64,000 nucleotides of DNA from Longimicrobiales bacterium. Lineage in GTDB: Bacteria > Gemmatimonadota > Gemmatimonadetes > Longimicrobiales > Gaopeijiaceae. Positions within the stretch are counted from its first letter, which is position 1, and every line of letters begins with the position of its first letter. Under the pieces are notes generated by a model. It did not search any database and was not told where the DNA came from. It saw nothing but the letters and a program-made list of their open reading frames with translations. Both the position numbers and the translations under genes were made by a program. The stretch spans positions 128,001 to 192,000 of the forward strand of contig CBDFIQ010000002.1 in assembly GCA_965248195.1 (NCBI GenBank), given 5' to 3'. This document shows, piece by piece, positions 50,936 through 60,545 of this stretch.

Positions 50936-52671
50936 CTCGCTGGCGTCCATCCCGGCCATTCAAGCGCATCGCTCCAGTACGAGGCCATGCGTTCTGCAGC
51001 TACCTCGACGGCGGGTCGTCGGGGTGAAAATAGCTCACTCCGGTTGAGTGCGTCCCACTGGTGCATGACATACGCCCACTTGTATTGTGCGTCGCGCTGG
51101 CCACGGCTGACGTCGGAGCGTTGCCTTCGCTGCGCCCAACCGGGGCGCATCCGCCGCAGCCTCGGCCCGGCGAGACGACTGGACTCACGTTTGGCCGCGT
51201 ACTCGACGTTGAGCTGGGCTAGCTCGGCGTCGAGCTCGACCCGGAACGCCTCCAGCGTAGTTTCGTCTGCCCCGGTCTCGACGAGCACGTCGTAGCCGCA
51301 GCGTTCGGTGTCGGGGATCAACTGCACACGGTCGAGCGGCATTCCCACGCGCTCCATCGCGTGGCAGGCGGCCTGCGCGACCTGATCTCCGTGGAGCTTT
51401 TCGCCGGTGAGATTGGTCATGTCGGCGCCTTTGTGCACGAACTTGACCAGGGGCATTTCGCCGTGCATCGCGGTCACTTCCACCACGTCGGAGATGTCGT
51501 AGCGGTACAGCCCGGCCCGTGTAGTCAGCAGGACGTAGTAGCGCCGGCCGACCTCGAGCTCGTGGGCGAGTAATGTGCGTGGGTGGTCACCGCCGTGTTC
51601 CTCTTCCGGAATGAACTCGAAGAAGTTGTCGTGCAGCGTGAGCGCGCCGGCTGCCGTGGAGTCACTCAACGGTACCGCGATAGTCGCCTCGGTTGCCCGC
51701 AGCCCCAGGTCGCGAAGGGCGGCGTCCCCATAGTAGGCGCCTAACTTGCGTGCAAACACGCCAGCGCTCCCACCGAGCCAGCAGCCGATGACCGTCAGAT
51801 TCGGCCAGACGTGCTTGGGCAACAGGGAACCGTGTTGCTCGATCGAGCGCTCCAGCTGTTGGGCGCGGCCAGGGTTCCGCGTCAGCCGCTCCTCAATCAG
51901 CGCGAGTCTCGAACGATCTTCGGTCTCCCTCGGCGACAAGCGACCGAGACCTCCATCGTGGATGGCCGCGATGATGGCTTCGGCGTTCTGCGCGCCGACT
52001 TCGGCAAGGCGGAGCAGTGTCGTCGGGTTTGGAATCCCGACGAGCGAGACGTTGGCTTCGAGCATGAGCCGTGCTGCGACGAGATAGCGCGTGTCGTAGT
52101 TCATGATCTCCCCAACCTCGCCGGGCATCACGTAGTTGCGTTTCACGAGTGCAGACACGCGCTGGTACGTCAGGGCGGAGATCGAGCCACAGGGGATCCC
52201 GCTCTCGGACCGGGACTCCGCTGCCGAGCCGACGAAGCTCAGCGCCTTGCCATCGAAGAGCCCGGGGTGGGCGCGACCCGCCCGGGCCAGCCACAGGCGC
52301 ATCGCCATGGACAGGCCGCCGCACCAGCTCTTGGTCACCGGCACACGCTTCGCTTGACCCGTGGTGCCGGAAGTGGTCCCGAAGAAAAGTGGACTCTCCC
52401 GCGTCAGCACGTGTTCTTCCCCAGCCAACATCCGGTCGACGTAGGGGCGGAACGCTTCATAATCGCGGACGGGAACGGCGTCGGCATAACTCGCAGGGTC
52501 ACTCAGGTCAGCGAAGCCGTGTCGCCTCCCGAACTCGCAAGGAACGTTGGTGCTCAAGATCTGCGAGAGCGTTCGGAGCTGAACCCCCTTTGGGTCGGCG
52601 CTCGCCTGGGCGATCCGCCGATCGGGCTCGCGGCCCCGCGCGGCCACAAAGGCGCTGCAGAGCGTGCTCAT
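50560..52671 (-). CDS. GH3 family acyl-acid amido synthetase (second copy; true 3' end uncertain)
   Basis: EFGRRHGF, TTSGTTG, ATEA, GLYRYDISD, LTGEKL; homology ends near 51050 but the frame stays open to 50560. Confidence 0.85.
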   Translation of the reverse strand: MSTLCSAFVAARGREPDRRIAQASADPKGVQLRTLSQILSTNVPCEFGRRHGFADLSDPASYADAVPVRDYEAFRPYVDRMLAGEEHVLTRESPLFFGTTSGTTGQAKRVPVTKSWCGGLSMAMRLWLARAGRAHPGLFDGKALSFVGSAAESRSESGIPCGSISALTYQRVSALVKRNYVMPGEVGEIMNYDTRYLVAARLMLEANVSLVGIPNPTTLLRLAEVGAQNAEAIIAAIHDGGLGRLSPRETEDRSRLALIEERLTRNPGRAQQLERSIEQHGSLLPKHVWPNLTVIGCWLGGSAGVFARKLGAYYGDAALRDLGLRATEATIAVPLSDSTAAGALTLHDNFFEFIPEEEHGGDHPRTLLAHELEVGRRYYVLLTTRAGLYRYDISDVVEVTAMHGEMPLVKFVHKGADMTNLTGEKLHGDQVAQAACHAMERVGMPLDRVQLIPDTERCGYDVLVETGADETTLEAFRVELDAELAQLNVEYAAKRESSRLAGPRLRRMRPGWAQRRQRSDVSRGQRDAQYKWAYVMHQWDALNRSELFSPRRPAVEVAAERMASYWSDALEWPGWTPASHNGWKIDRAVVTSIPSPGREARPKASASSVPPAPNMRGGSQTSCSSRKVPKAPSWPRRESPAAAATRSPARVSRLVSPTCAPTITGSPNSLARPSKSSDRTTPPIFDTRTFRIQVSGSGRSSSS

Positions 52672-52745
52672 GACAGGCTCCACTCGCTCTCGGCGGATCT
52701 GTCGAGCCGCTTGTGAACCACTTCGACCAACTTGGGCGTATTCAT
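52668..52745 (-). CDS. 25-aa peptide coupled to GH3
   Basis: AAAGGGAG RBS; MNTPKLVEVVHKRLDRSAESEWSLS; ATGA overlap with the GH3 start. Confidence 0.5.
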   Translation of the reverse strand: MNTPKLVEVVHKRLDRSAESEWSLS

Positions 52746-52906
52746 GTGGGTTTCTCCCTTTACCGACCTCCTGCGCGTCTAGTCAACAACAAGATGTGGC
52801 AGACCGGGAGAGTTCTTTATACGTCGGATGACGTAGCAATAGCCGTCAGATTACGTAGCGGTGCACCCACGTATTTCTGCGACTTGCCGAATGGCAGGGG
52901 GGGGCT

Positions 52907-53308
52907 TCAACTGCGAAACGTCCAGCGCTTGAAGAGGATGAAGGCGACAGGAGTCACGATCAGCAGCGCCAGCGCCTGACCGAACGTCGGGTGGAGACCC
53001 GCCACATCGACGAGGACCACCAGCACGGCGACTGTCAGCCCGGCAACGGCGAGGCCCACGATCAGGTAGCGGACGTAGGCGCTCCAGAAGCCGGCGTGCC
53101 CGAGGCGAAACGTGAAGTACCGGTTTCCGAAGTACATCAGAACGTTCGAGATGAAGTAGGCGGCGACCGAGGCGACGACGTACCGCACTCCGCCCTCGAA
53201 GAGCGCCGCGAAGGCGAGGAGATTCACCACATAGCCGCCCACTCCGACCAGCACGAACTTCAACGGCTGGCCGACTCGGGTGCCAAGCTGCGGAATGGAC
53301 TCTTTCAT
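52907..53308 (-). CDS. GtrA family membrane protein
   Basis: KFVLVG, NRYFTF, four TM helices, KRWTF. Confidence 0.85.
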   Translation of the reverse strand: MKESIPQLGTRVGQPLKFVLVGVGGYVVNLLAFAALFEGGVRYVVASVAAYFISNVLMYFGNRYFTFRLGHAGFWSAYVRYLIVGLAVAGLTVAVLVVLVDVAGLHPTFGQALALLIVTPVAFILFKRWTFRS

Positions 53309-54435
53309 CGGGCGCCCCGGCGCAGATAACTCTCGACCTGACGGGCGAGGCGCCGGGAGTCGCGATTCGCCTCGAACAGCGCCCCGCGCGGCGTCTCGTT
53401 GAAGCCGATGAAGAACAGGCCCGGCACCGGGTCGGAGCTGCGCGGGTATGCGCGCTCGTCGAGGGCTTCTCGCGCATCGAGAAGCTCATCGAGGCCACTG
53501 CGGAAGCCTGTCGCCGCGACGATGGCGTCGAACTCCTCGGTGCGCCCGTCGGCGAAGACGACACCGCGCTCCGTGAGCCGGCTTGGGTCCGGGAGCACGT
53601 CGATCTTCCCGTTCTTGAGCTGCGTCAGGAAACCGACGTCGATGACGGGCGGTCGGCGCGCGGTGAACGGGCCCCAGGCTTCCGGGCCGATCCCGTAAAC
53701 ACTCAGGTCGCCGTTGGAGAACCGCCGCAAGGCCGCCCCGAGCCGATCGACCAGCTTCGGTGGAAACGGCGCGAGCAGGATTCCGAGCATCTGAACCGGA
53801 ATGCCGACGATCTCCCGCGAGGTGATCGCGGGCGACGTCCGAACCGCGATAGCGACGCGGGCTGCTCCCGACTCGACGAGGTCCGCCGCGATCTCCGCGC
53901 CGCTGTTTCCGATTCCGACGACGAGCACGCGCTTTCCGGCGTACAGCTCGCCACACCGGTAGTCGGCGGAATGTTCGATCGTGCCGCGGAAGGTCTCCGT
54001 TCCCGGCCAGGATGGCAGACGCGGGATTCTGTGCTTCCCCGTGGCGACGACGACGGCGCGGGCCTCCAGATTGCCGCCGTGCATTTGGAGGGCCCAGCCC
54101 GGGCCGTCTCCAGCTCGCCGGATTTTGGCGAGCTTCCGGTTGAGCACAACCCGCAGCCCGTGGTGCCGCGCGTAATCCGCGAGATAGAGCGCATAGTCGT
54201 CCTTGGGGACGTAGCGCGGCAGGTTGCGCGGCAGCGGGTGGTACGGCAAACCGGACAGTGCACGGGTCGTGTGCAGGTGCAGCCTGTCATAGCGCCGAGC
54301 CCAGGTGCCGCCGATCCGCCCGTCACCCTCGAGGATCAAGGGGTCGAGCCCGCGTCGCTTCATAGCGGCGCCGGCGGCCAGGCCCGAGGCGCCTGCCCCG
54401 AGGACCGCCACGTCGACGTGCTCAGTAGGAGGCAT
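53305..54435 (-). CDS. Flavin-containing monooxygenase (YUCCA/CzcO-like)
   Basis: GAGASG, RYDRLHLH, ATG, FRGTIEHSADY, GIGNSG, ATGF. Confidence 0.9.
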   Translation of the reverse strand: MPPTEHVDVAVLGAGASGLAAGAAMKRRGLDPLILEGDGRIGGTWARRYDRLHLHTTRALSGLPYHPLPRNLPRYVPKDDYALYLADYARHHGLRVVLNRKLAKIRRAGDGPGWALQMHGGNLEARAVVVATGKHRIPRLPSWPGTETFRGTIEHSADYRCGELYAGKRVLVVGIGNSGAEIAADLVESGAARVAIAVRTSPAITSREIVGIPVQMLGILLAPFPPKLVDRLGAALRRFSNGDLSVYGIGPEAWGPFTARRPPVIDVGFLTQLKNGKIDVLPDPSRLTERGVVFADGRTEEFDAIVAATGFRSGLDELLDAREALDERAYPRSSDPVPGLFFIGFNETPRGALFEANRDSRRLARQVESYLRRGAR

Positions 54436-54925
54436 GGTAGCTCCCGAGCGTGTGGACGAACGCTGCCAGAACGAAATGGAAGACGATCGGAATGGCACCG
54501 CCCGACCAGCGCTGCTCCGGCCTTCTTCCCATGCGGACGGCGTACCGAATGACCATGGCACCGACGTACACGTAGCTGAACCAGATGAGCGAGAAGCCCA
54601 GGACGCCGTGCGGCTGGGCCAAGAATCCGGCGTCCCGCGTCAGGTCCCGGGCGATCCAGCCCATCACGGCCAAGAAGAGAATCTGGGTCGGAAGCAGAAG
54701 CCGGTACGGCGTGAGGTTCCACTGCTCCATCGGCGGCAGCCAGCGCGGGGCACGGACGACGACGACGACCTGCCCGAGGACCCGTAGCAGGAAGAGAGCG
54801 AGGAAAATCCAGAGGAACATGCCGGCAAATCGCGGGTCGACCTCTGACGCGACGGTTCGGATGCGGAAGACCGCCACCGCGCAGGCCGTGAACACGAGCG
54901 TGGCGAGGAGCACCGCCTCGGTCAC
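54422..54925 (-). CDS. Hypothetical membrane protein
   Basis: About 5 hydrophobic helices; overlaps the FMO start. Confidence 0.7.
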   Translation of the reverse strand: MTEAVLLATLVFTACAVAVFRIRTVASEVDPRFAGMFLWIFLALFLLRVLGQVVVVVRAPRWLPPMEQWNLTPYRLLLPTQILFLAVMGWIARDLTRDAGFLAQPHGVLGFSLIWFSYVYVGAMVIRYAVRMGRRPEQRWSGGAIPIVFHFVLAAFVHTLGSYHASY

Positions 54926-54965
54926 GCGCGGTGAAGCCTCGGCGCCTCGATCAAAAAAAGATCGG

Positions 54966-55685
54966 TCAGTCGTGATCGCGGTTTCTCGAGTCGATTTCTT
55001 CCATCGTCACCCACGCCAGGGCCTTCGCCGCGGCGTACCGGTACGCCCGTTCCCGAAACGCTTGGAAGCTCACTGCAGAGGCCAGCAGGCTCACCATGAA
55101 CACCTGAGAGCGGATGATCGGGAAGGGTCCGAAGGACCCGGCGCCGTCGAGGGCGGCGACGGGAGCCCAGAACGGGAGGATGAAAGCCAGGACTGCCAAC
55201 GGGATAATGAATCCCCGAGCCATTCGGTACTGTTCGCGATACACCTGGATCGTCTCGTAGACGTGGGGTGCGCGGATCATAACCTGGTACTCCACGCCGT
55301 GCATGAACATACCTGCCCTCCACGCGCGGTTGTGAATGCCTTCCTCTTCGTCCCACAGGTCCGCATAGGTGGGTCCCCCCGGCGAGGGATAAATCCCGCC
55401 CAGGGCCGCCAGGCGGTTTTCCACCGCCCCGCTCGCCAAGACGTCCAGGGTCCACTGATTCTTCTGCTTGTGGAGGAGCCCTCGCGAGATCGTGTGCATG
55501 ACGATCCCCAGCGCGAACGACACCGTCAGGAGGGTCACGAGGACGAACACTGCCTGACTCCCGGTCCATGCCGGGATCTCTTCGACGTTGAACGTCGGTG
55601 ACCATACATCGGCCAGCACCAGCAAGACCATCGAAGTGAACAGGCCAGGGACCAGCGTCGTGACAGCCAGATAGAATGGTCGCAT
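54966..55685 (-). CDS. Hypothetical membrane protein
   Basis: Two pairs of TM helices around a soluble loop. Confidence 0.7.
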   Translation of the reverse strand: MRPFYLAVTTLVPGLFTSMVLLVLADVWSPTFNVEEIPAWTGSQAVFVLVTLLTVSFALGIVMHTISRGLLHKQKNQWTLDVLASGAVENRLAALGGIYPSPGGPTYADLWDEEEGIHNRAWRAGMFMHGVEYQVMIRAPHVYETIQVYREQYRMARGFIIPLAVLAFILPFWAPVAALDGAGSFGPFPIIRSQVFMVSLLASAVSFQAFRERAYRYAAAKALAWVTMEEIDSRNRDHD

Positions 55686-55873
55686 CGATCGGACTCCGAA
55701 GAGGGGTGGCGAAGTCTGCTCAGTAGGCCGCGAGGCCTCGAACTTCATGGACTCGCATGCCATAGATCTACTATAGGCCTGAGGCCGCCGATGCCGAAAT
55801 AGTTTCTTCCTCTAACCACTTCCTCTCAACGTCCGTAGCCCTCACGTAGTCTCTGTGGAAATCGAGAGAATCT

Positions 55874-56896
55874 CTACCCCTCGAGTTCCTCTCCGGGCGC
55901 TCTGTCCTCCCGGTGCCTCTCGATGAAGTCATCCGTCCCGGCGGGGAGCAGGAGGCTGTCTGCAATCGCCGCGATCTCTTCGGCTTCCTCCCACGCCCGC
56001 TCGAGCCGCCACAGCTCGCCGTCGAGCGCGCGCCGCTCCTGCTCCTCGTGGAGGGCCATCTCCAGGGCGAGCTTCGTGGGTCCGGGCATCTTGTTCACGT
56101 ATCCCGGAATGCCCTTCTTGTCCTTGTAGCGGTTTCCGGAAACCACGTAGGAGAGGAAGTCGTCGGGGTGACCGTGATGCTCGATCTCCGAGACCGCAGT
56201 CTGGACCGTCTCCCTCTTGCCGCCTCTGCGGTTCATCTTCGGGATGATCTGGCCGATGAGGCGCTCCGCCTCCTCCCCCTCGAACCACTCCTTCTTCTTG
56301 CCTCGGCGTATCTCTAGGGAGAAGCCGTGCCCGTCGGTATCCGAGCGGAGACGCGTACCCAGTAGGTCGGGATTCTTTAGCTTGATGACCCGGCCGCCGT
56401 CGGTGCGGAGCTTGGCCAGTGTGCGCCCGTTCACCCACAGGTTCACGAAGTTACCGCTCTGTGCCAGCAGCGCGCCGCTGAGCACGCCAGCCACAGCGCC
56501 GCCGACGACGATCCCGCCGATCACCACGGCACCACCCACGCCGTAGATCATTGCACGTTTGCGACGGCGGCCAAACTGATCTCCGTAGCGCCAAGCCGCG
56601 AACTCCGGCCTCATGGGCCGGCCGATCCGCACGAGTTCGAGCCCCTCCGGGTGCTTTGCCAGGCCCACGTTCTCCGTCGACACGCGAATTCGAGTGTCCC
56701 TGAAGAGCCGCTCGCAAGTCTCCACGGCCTCCCACCGCTCCTCGAGCGGGGAGAGGTTCCAGCGCTCGCACTTGCGGCAGACGACCCAGAGACGGCCCCG
56801 CCCCGCGTCGAAGGCCAACCGACGACCTACGGGGAAATGCTCGACCACCTCGTTCGTACCGAGTGGGCGGTTGCAAAACATGCAGGTCTTGTACAT
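55874..56896 (-). CDS. Hypothetical zinc-ribbon membrane protein
   Basis: CMFC and CRKC pairs, a central TM helix, LALEMALHEEQERRAL coiled segment. Confidence 0.75.
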   Translation of the reverse strand: MYKTCMFCNRPLGTNEVVEHFPVGRRLAFDAGRGRLWVVCRKCERWNLSPLEERWEAVETCERLFRDTRIRVSTENVGLAKHPEGLELVRIGRPMRPEFAAWRYGDQFGRRRKRAMIYGVGGAVVIGGIVVGGAVAGVLSGALLAQSGNFVNLWVNGRTLAKLRTDGGRVIKLKNPDLLGTRLRSDTDGHGFSLEIRRGKKKEWFEGEEAERLIGQIIPKMNRRGGKRETVQTAVSEIEHHGHPDDFLSYVVSGNRYKDKKGIPGYVNKMPGPTKLALEMALHEEQERRALDGELWRLERAWEEAEEIAAIADSLLLPAGTDDFIERHREDRAPGEELEG

Positions 56897-58779
56897 CGCG
56901 GGTCCGAGAGAGAGGGGTGACGATCACCTCTACTACAGAGCCGAAGGCACGAGTGTTCACCACGTCCGAAGTCAACGGCGACCCTGGGGTATGACACGTC
57001 GGAATCGCCACTCGCGTGATGGAGCCTGCTCGGAGACACCTTGGATCTTCGACCTACTTTATTCTCCGCGTTGCGGGTCCTGACGCGATTTTCTCGTGCA
57101 GCACCCCCCCCGCCGTTGGTATATTTTAAAGATGCCCAAGCGCACTCCACCGCACACGACTGTCGTCGACCAGGTCCCCAAGGCATTCCGCCTGGAGAGC
57201 ATCAAGAGCCGGATCGTGGGCCTCGCCTTGCTGGCCACGCTGATTCCGTCTCTGGGCATGGCCTGGATCTCGTACGTCCAGAACCGCGCGGCCCTGACCG
57301 ACAAGATCGCCGAAGAGCTGCGGAGCGTGGGTGCGCAGACCGCACGCGAGCTCGACCTCTGGTTCAAAGAGCGACTCTATGACGTCCGGGTCTTCGCGAG
57401 CTCCTACGAGGTAACCGAGAACATCGAGCGCGCTCGACAGACGGACGGGGGCGGTCAAGCGGGCGCTCGGCTAAACAACTACGTCACGTCGGTCGGGGAG
57501 CGGTTTCCGGACTACGAGGAGTTGATCGTCATCGACCGGGAAGGCCAGCCGCTCGCAACGAGCGCCGAGCACGCGGGCGACGTTCATCTCCCCCCCGGCT
57601 GGCTCGATCGTGTGGCGGGAGGCCAGGTGGTGGTCGCGGATGCATACTGGGACGAGCGGCTCGGCCAATCGCTCATGACCATTGCGGTCCCGGTCACCGC
57701 TGACGACCGCAACTTCGTGGGCGCGCTCGTCGCCAACGTTTCGTACCGGGCCGTGCTGACCACCCTGCTGGTCTTCGCGCCGGGCGATTCGGGCGACTTA
57801 TACGTGATCGCCCCGGAGGGCGCCGAGATCGTCAGCTCACGTGGTGACGAGCGGCCGCGCGCCGGGCGGAGGCTCTCGTCCGCCACGACGGAGCTCCTTT
57901 TCGCCAACGAGAGCAGTCCCGTCAGATACGCCAATCGTGAGGGAAGCGAGGTCATCGGAACCCTGGAGCGGGTTCCGAGCTTAGAGTGGGCGGTCGTGGC
58001 GGAGATCACGGCGGAAGAGGCCTACGCACAGGTCAAGCAGCTACGCGACATGACTGCCCTACTCGTGATGGGGCTCCTGGTCGTGGTCGGCTTCATCGCG
58101 TACTGGCTGGGCCTGCTGATCGTGCGCCCGCTGGATCGGCTGACCACGGGAGCCACGGAGGTTGCGGAGGGAGACCTCGACGTGGATCTGCCCGTGGGCA
58201 GGGGTGAGGTCGGGTACCTCACCGAAGTGTTCAACGGGATGGTCGACCGCCTGAGAGAGGGACGGCAGCAACTCGAAGAGCTGCTGGTCACCGATCCACT
58301 CACCGGGATCTCCAACCGCCGGCACCTGATGGAGACGATGAAGAATGAAGCGCGCCGCTCGCGCCGTTCGAAAAAGTCTTTCGCGATCCTCATGGTGGAT
58401 GTCGACCATTTCAAGAAGTTCAACGACACGCACGACCATATCGCGGGAGACGAGGCCCTCAAGGCCGTTGCAGAGGTCCTGCAGGGGGGGACGCACGAGA
58501 TCGATCACGTGGCACGTTACGGAGGTGAAGAATTCCTGGTCGTGCTGCCGGACACGGACATCGCCGGCGCGGTCAGGGCAGCCGAGCGGATCCGGGAGCG
58601 GCTTGCCAAGCGCAGCGTGGCCGTCGGGGAGCGGTCGGTCAAGCTGACCGTGAGCACCGGCGTCGCCCAGTTTCCCATCGACGGGGATTCACCCGAAGAT
58701 TTGGTCCTTTCGGCAGACACGGCGCTCTACCAGGCCACCCGGAACCTGTCAACGACAATGGGACACTCTACGGGATTAA

Positions 58780-59787
58780 TTAGAGAGCAATATCCTGTGT
58801 GGTGAGGGAAGGGATGGGAGGATTGATGTAGACGGCCTCCGGGAGCGGTTTGGGCTTCGGCACACCTGTGACGAAGCGTTCGGGATGAGCGGCCCATGCT
58901 TCGCGGAGCACGGATTTCCTGCCGGCAATGACCTGATCGGCGTTCCCGAAGTGGACCTGCTCGGGGGTTAGCATCGAGATACCGCCATGGCGGTGCTCGG
59001 CATTGTACCAGCGGAAGAACGATCGACACAACGTCTTGGCCTGGCCCTGATCCCCGAACCGCCCGGGAAACGAGGGATGGTACTTCAAGGTTTTGAACTG
59101 AGCCTCGGAAAACGGGTTGTCATCCGACACCTGAGGCCGGCTCAACGAGCGAGTCACGCCGAGGTCAGCGAGAAGTTGAGCGGTGCATTGGCTCGTCATT
59201 GGAGCTCCCCGATCCGAGTGCAGGGTCAGGACCCGGGGCTGGACGCCATGCTTCAGGCAGCTCTGCTGGATCAACCGGCCGGCCAGGGCCGAGTTCTCCC
59301 GGTCCGCCACCATCCAGCCCACGACGTAGCGGCTGTAGATGTCCATGATGACGTAGAGGTAGTAATAGCTCCACTTCTTCGGCCCGAGTAGCCGCGTGAT
59401 ATCCCAGGACCACACCTGGTTCGGCGCCGTGGCCATCAACTCGGGCTTCTTGTACTCGGGATGGGTGCGCTGCGCCCGGCGTTCCTGAACCGGCACCTCG
59501 GAGGCCAGAACACGATACATCGTGCGTTCGCTGCACAGGTAGACCTCTTCGTCGAGCAGCGTGGCCACCACCTCGGCGGGTGAGCGGTCCACGAACCGCT
59601 CCGAACACAGCGTGTCGAAGACCTCGCCTCGTTCCGTCTCGCTCAATGCCCGGGCGGGCGTCGGGCGGGGCTGCCGTTGCCCGGTCGATGGGCCTCGACG
59701 ACGGTAGAACGTCGATCGGGAGACCTCGAGAGCCGCGCACGCCGGTTTTACACCGACGTGCTTAGCCAGCTCATCGGCCGCCTTCAA
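58780..59787 (-). CDS. IS3 transposase OrfB (DDE)
   Basis: PNQVWSWDIT, DIYSRYVVGW, HSDRG, DNPFSE..FKTLK. Confidence 0.93.
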   Translation of the reverse strand: MKAADELAKHVGVKPACAALEVSRSTFYRRRGPSTGQRQPRPTPARALSETERGEVFDTLCSERFVDRSPAEVVATLLDEEVYLCSERTMYRVLASEVPVQERRAQRTHPEYKKPELMATAPNQVWSWDITRLLGPKKWSYYYLYVIMDIYSRYVVGWMVADRENSALAGRLIQQSCLKHGVQPRVLTLHSDRGAPMTSQCTAQLLADLGVTRSLSRPQVSDDNPFSEAQFKTLKYHPSFPGRFGDQGQAKTLCRSFFRWYNAEHRHGGISMLTPEQVHFGNADQVIAGRKSVLREAWAAHPERFVTGVPKPKPLPEAVYINPPIPSLTTQDIAL

Positions 59788-60233
59788 GAGTTCGTCCCGT
59801 CGTCGAGGCTTATCCCCAGCAGCCCCGCAACTTTTCCCTGCACGTCGATGATCAGGTGTGCCTTCCTGAGCTCATTCTCGAGCCGTGCGTTTTGCCGCTC
59901 CAGCTTGCGTACCTTCTCATCCAGCGGATTCCGCTCCGGCTTGCGGCCGCGTTTCTTCGACAGGGCCTTCAGCGACCCGCTATGCGCCGCCTTGCGCCAC
60001 GTCGTCAGGTGCGACGAGTACAGGCCCTCGCGCCGCAGGAGCTGACCCACCTCGCCGGGCTCGGTGCACCGGTCCGCTTCTTCGACGATCCGCAGCTTGT
60101 ACGATGGACTGAACCGCCGGCGTAGCGGCCTATCTACTACCTCCGGGTCCGCAGGAGCTGCCGCGCTTCGCTTGGCCTCCCCGATTCCAGGGGCACTACC
60201 ATTCTCTTCCATTCTCTCTCGCAGTCCCAACAT
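59784..60233 (-). CDS. IS3 transposase OrfA
   Basis: RRFSPSYKLRIV, LLRREGLYSSHLTTWR, leucine zipper; TTGA overlap with orfB. Confidence 0.9.
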   Translation of the reverse strand: MLGLRERMEENGSAPGIGEAKRSAAAPADPEVVDRPLRRRFSPSYKLRIVEEADRCTEPGEVGQLLRREGLYSSHLTTWRKAAHSGSLKALSKKRGRKPERNPLDEKVRKLERQNARLENELRKAHLIIDVQGKVAGLLGISLDDGTNS

Positions 60234-60387
60234 GTTCGTTTTCTCTGCCTTCGCCCTACTCTAATTCTTTGCGTGCTCCGTGTCTCACGTACGTTGGCAG
60301 AGAGGGAAACGGCGCGGACGTGACCGGGTGGTGCGTGTGAGTCGCCGCCGATCGACGACTGGAGCAACGGCACCGAAGAAGGCATCG

Positions 60388-60525
60388 AGGAAGACTTCGA
60401 CGAAAAGTCGGACGAAGAGTACGACGAAAGGTACGACGAACAGTACGACGAAACGTACGACGAAACGTACGACGAGGAGTAAGAAGAAGGCTGCGACGAA
60501 GAGGACGAGAAAGACTACGAAGGCA
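60388..60525 (+). repeat. 12-bp degenerate tandem repeat encoding a K/R/T tail
   Basis: agtacgacgaaa and cgtacgacgaaa units. Confidence 0.8.
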
Positions 60526-60545
60526 AAAAAAAGGTTCTGACGTAA

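Larger units (their letters stand above)
58747..60299 (-). mobile_element. IS3 family insertion sequence
   Basis: TG...CA ends, 20-bp imperfect IRs (14/20), overlapping orfA and orfB. Confidence 0.9.
57132..60540 (+). pseudogene. Cache-HAMP-GGDEF diguanylate cyclase interrupted by an IS3 element
   Basis: 2 TM, HAMP, TDPLTG..NRR, DVDHFK, RYGGEEF; ALYQA ends at 58736 and resumes as KRRGRDRVV at 60307. Confidence 0.85.

Noticed and set aside
60280..60540. Stand-alone histone-like protein gene
   Set aside because: Its start lies inside the IS end; the sequence is better explained as the cyclase C-terminus
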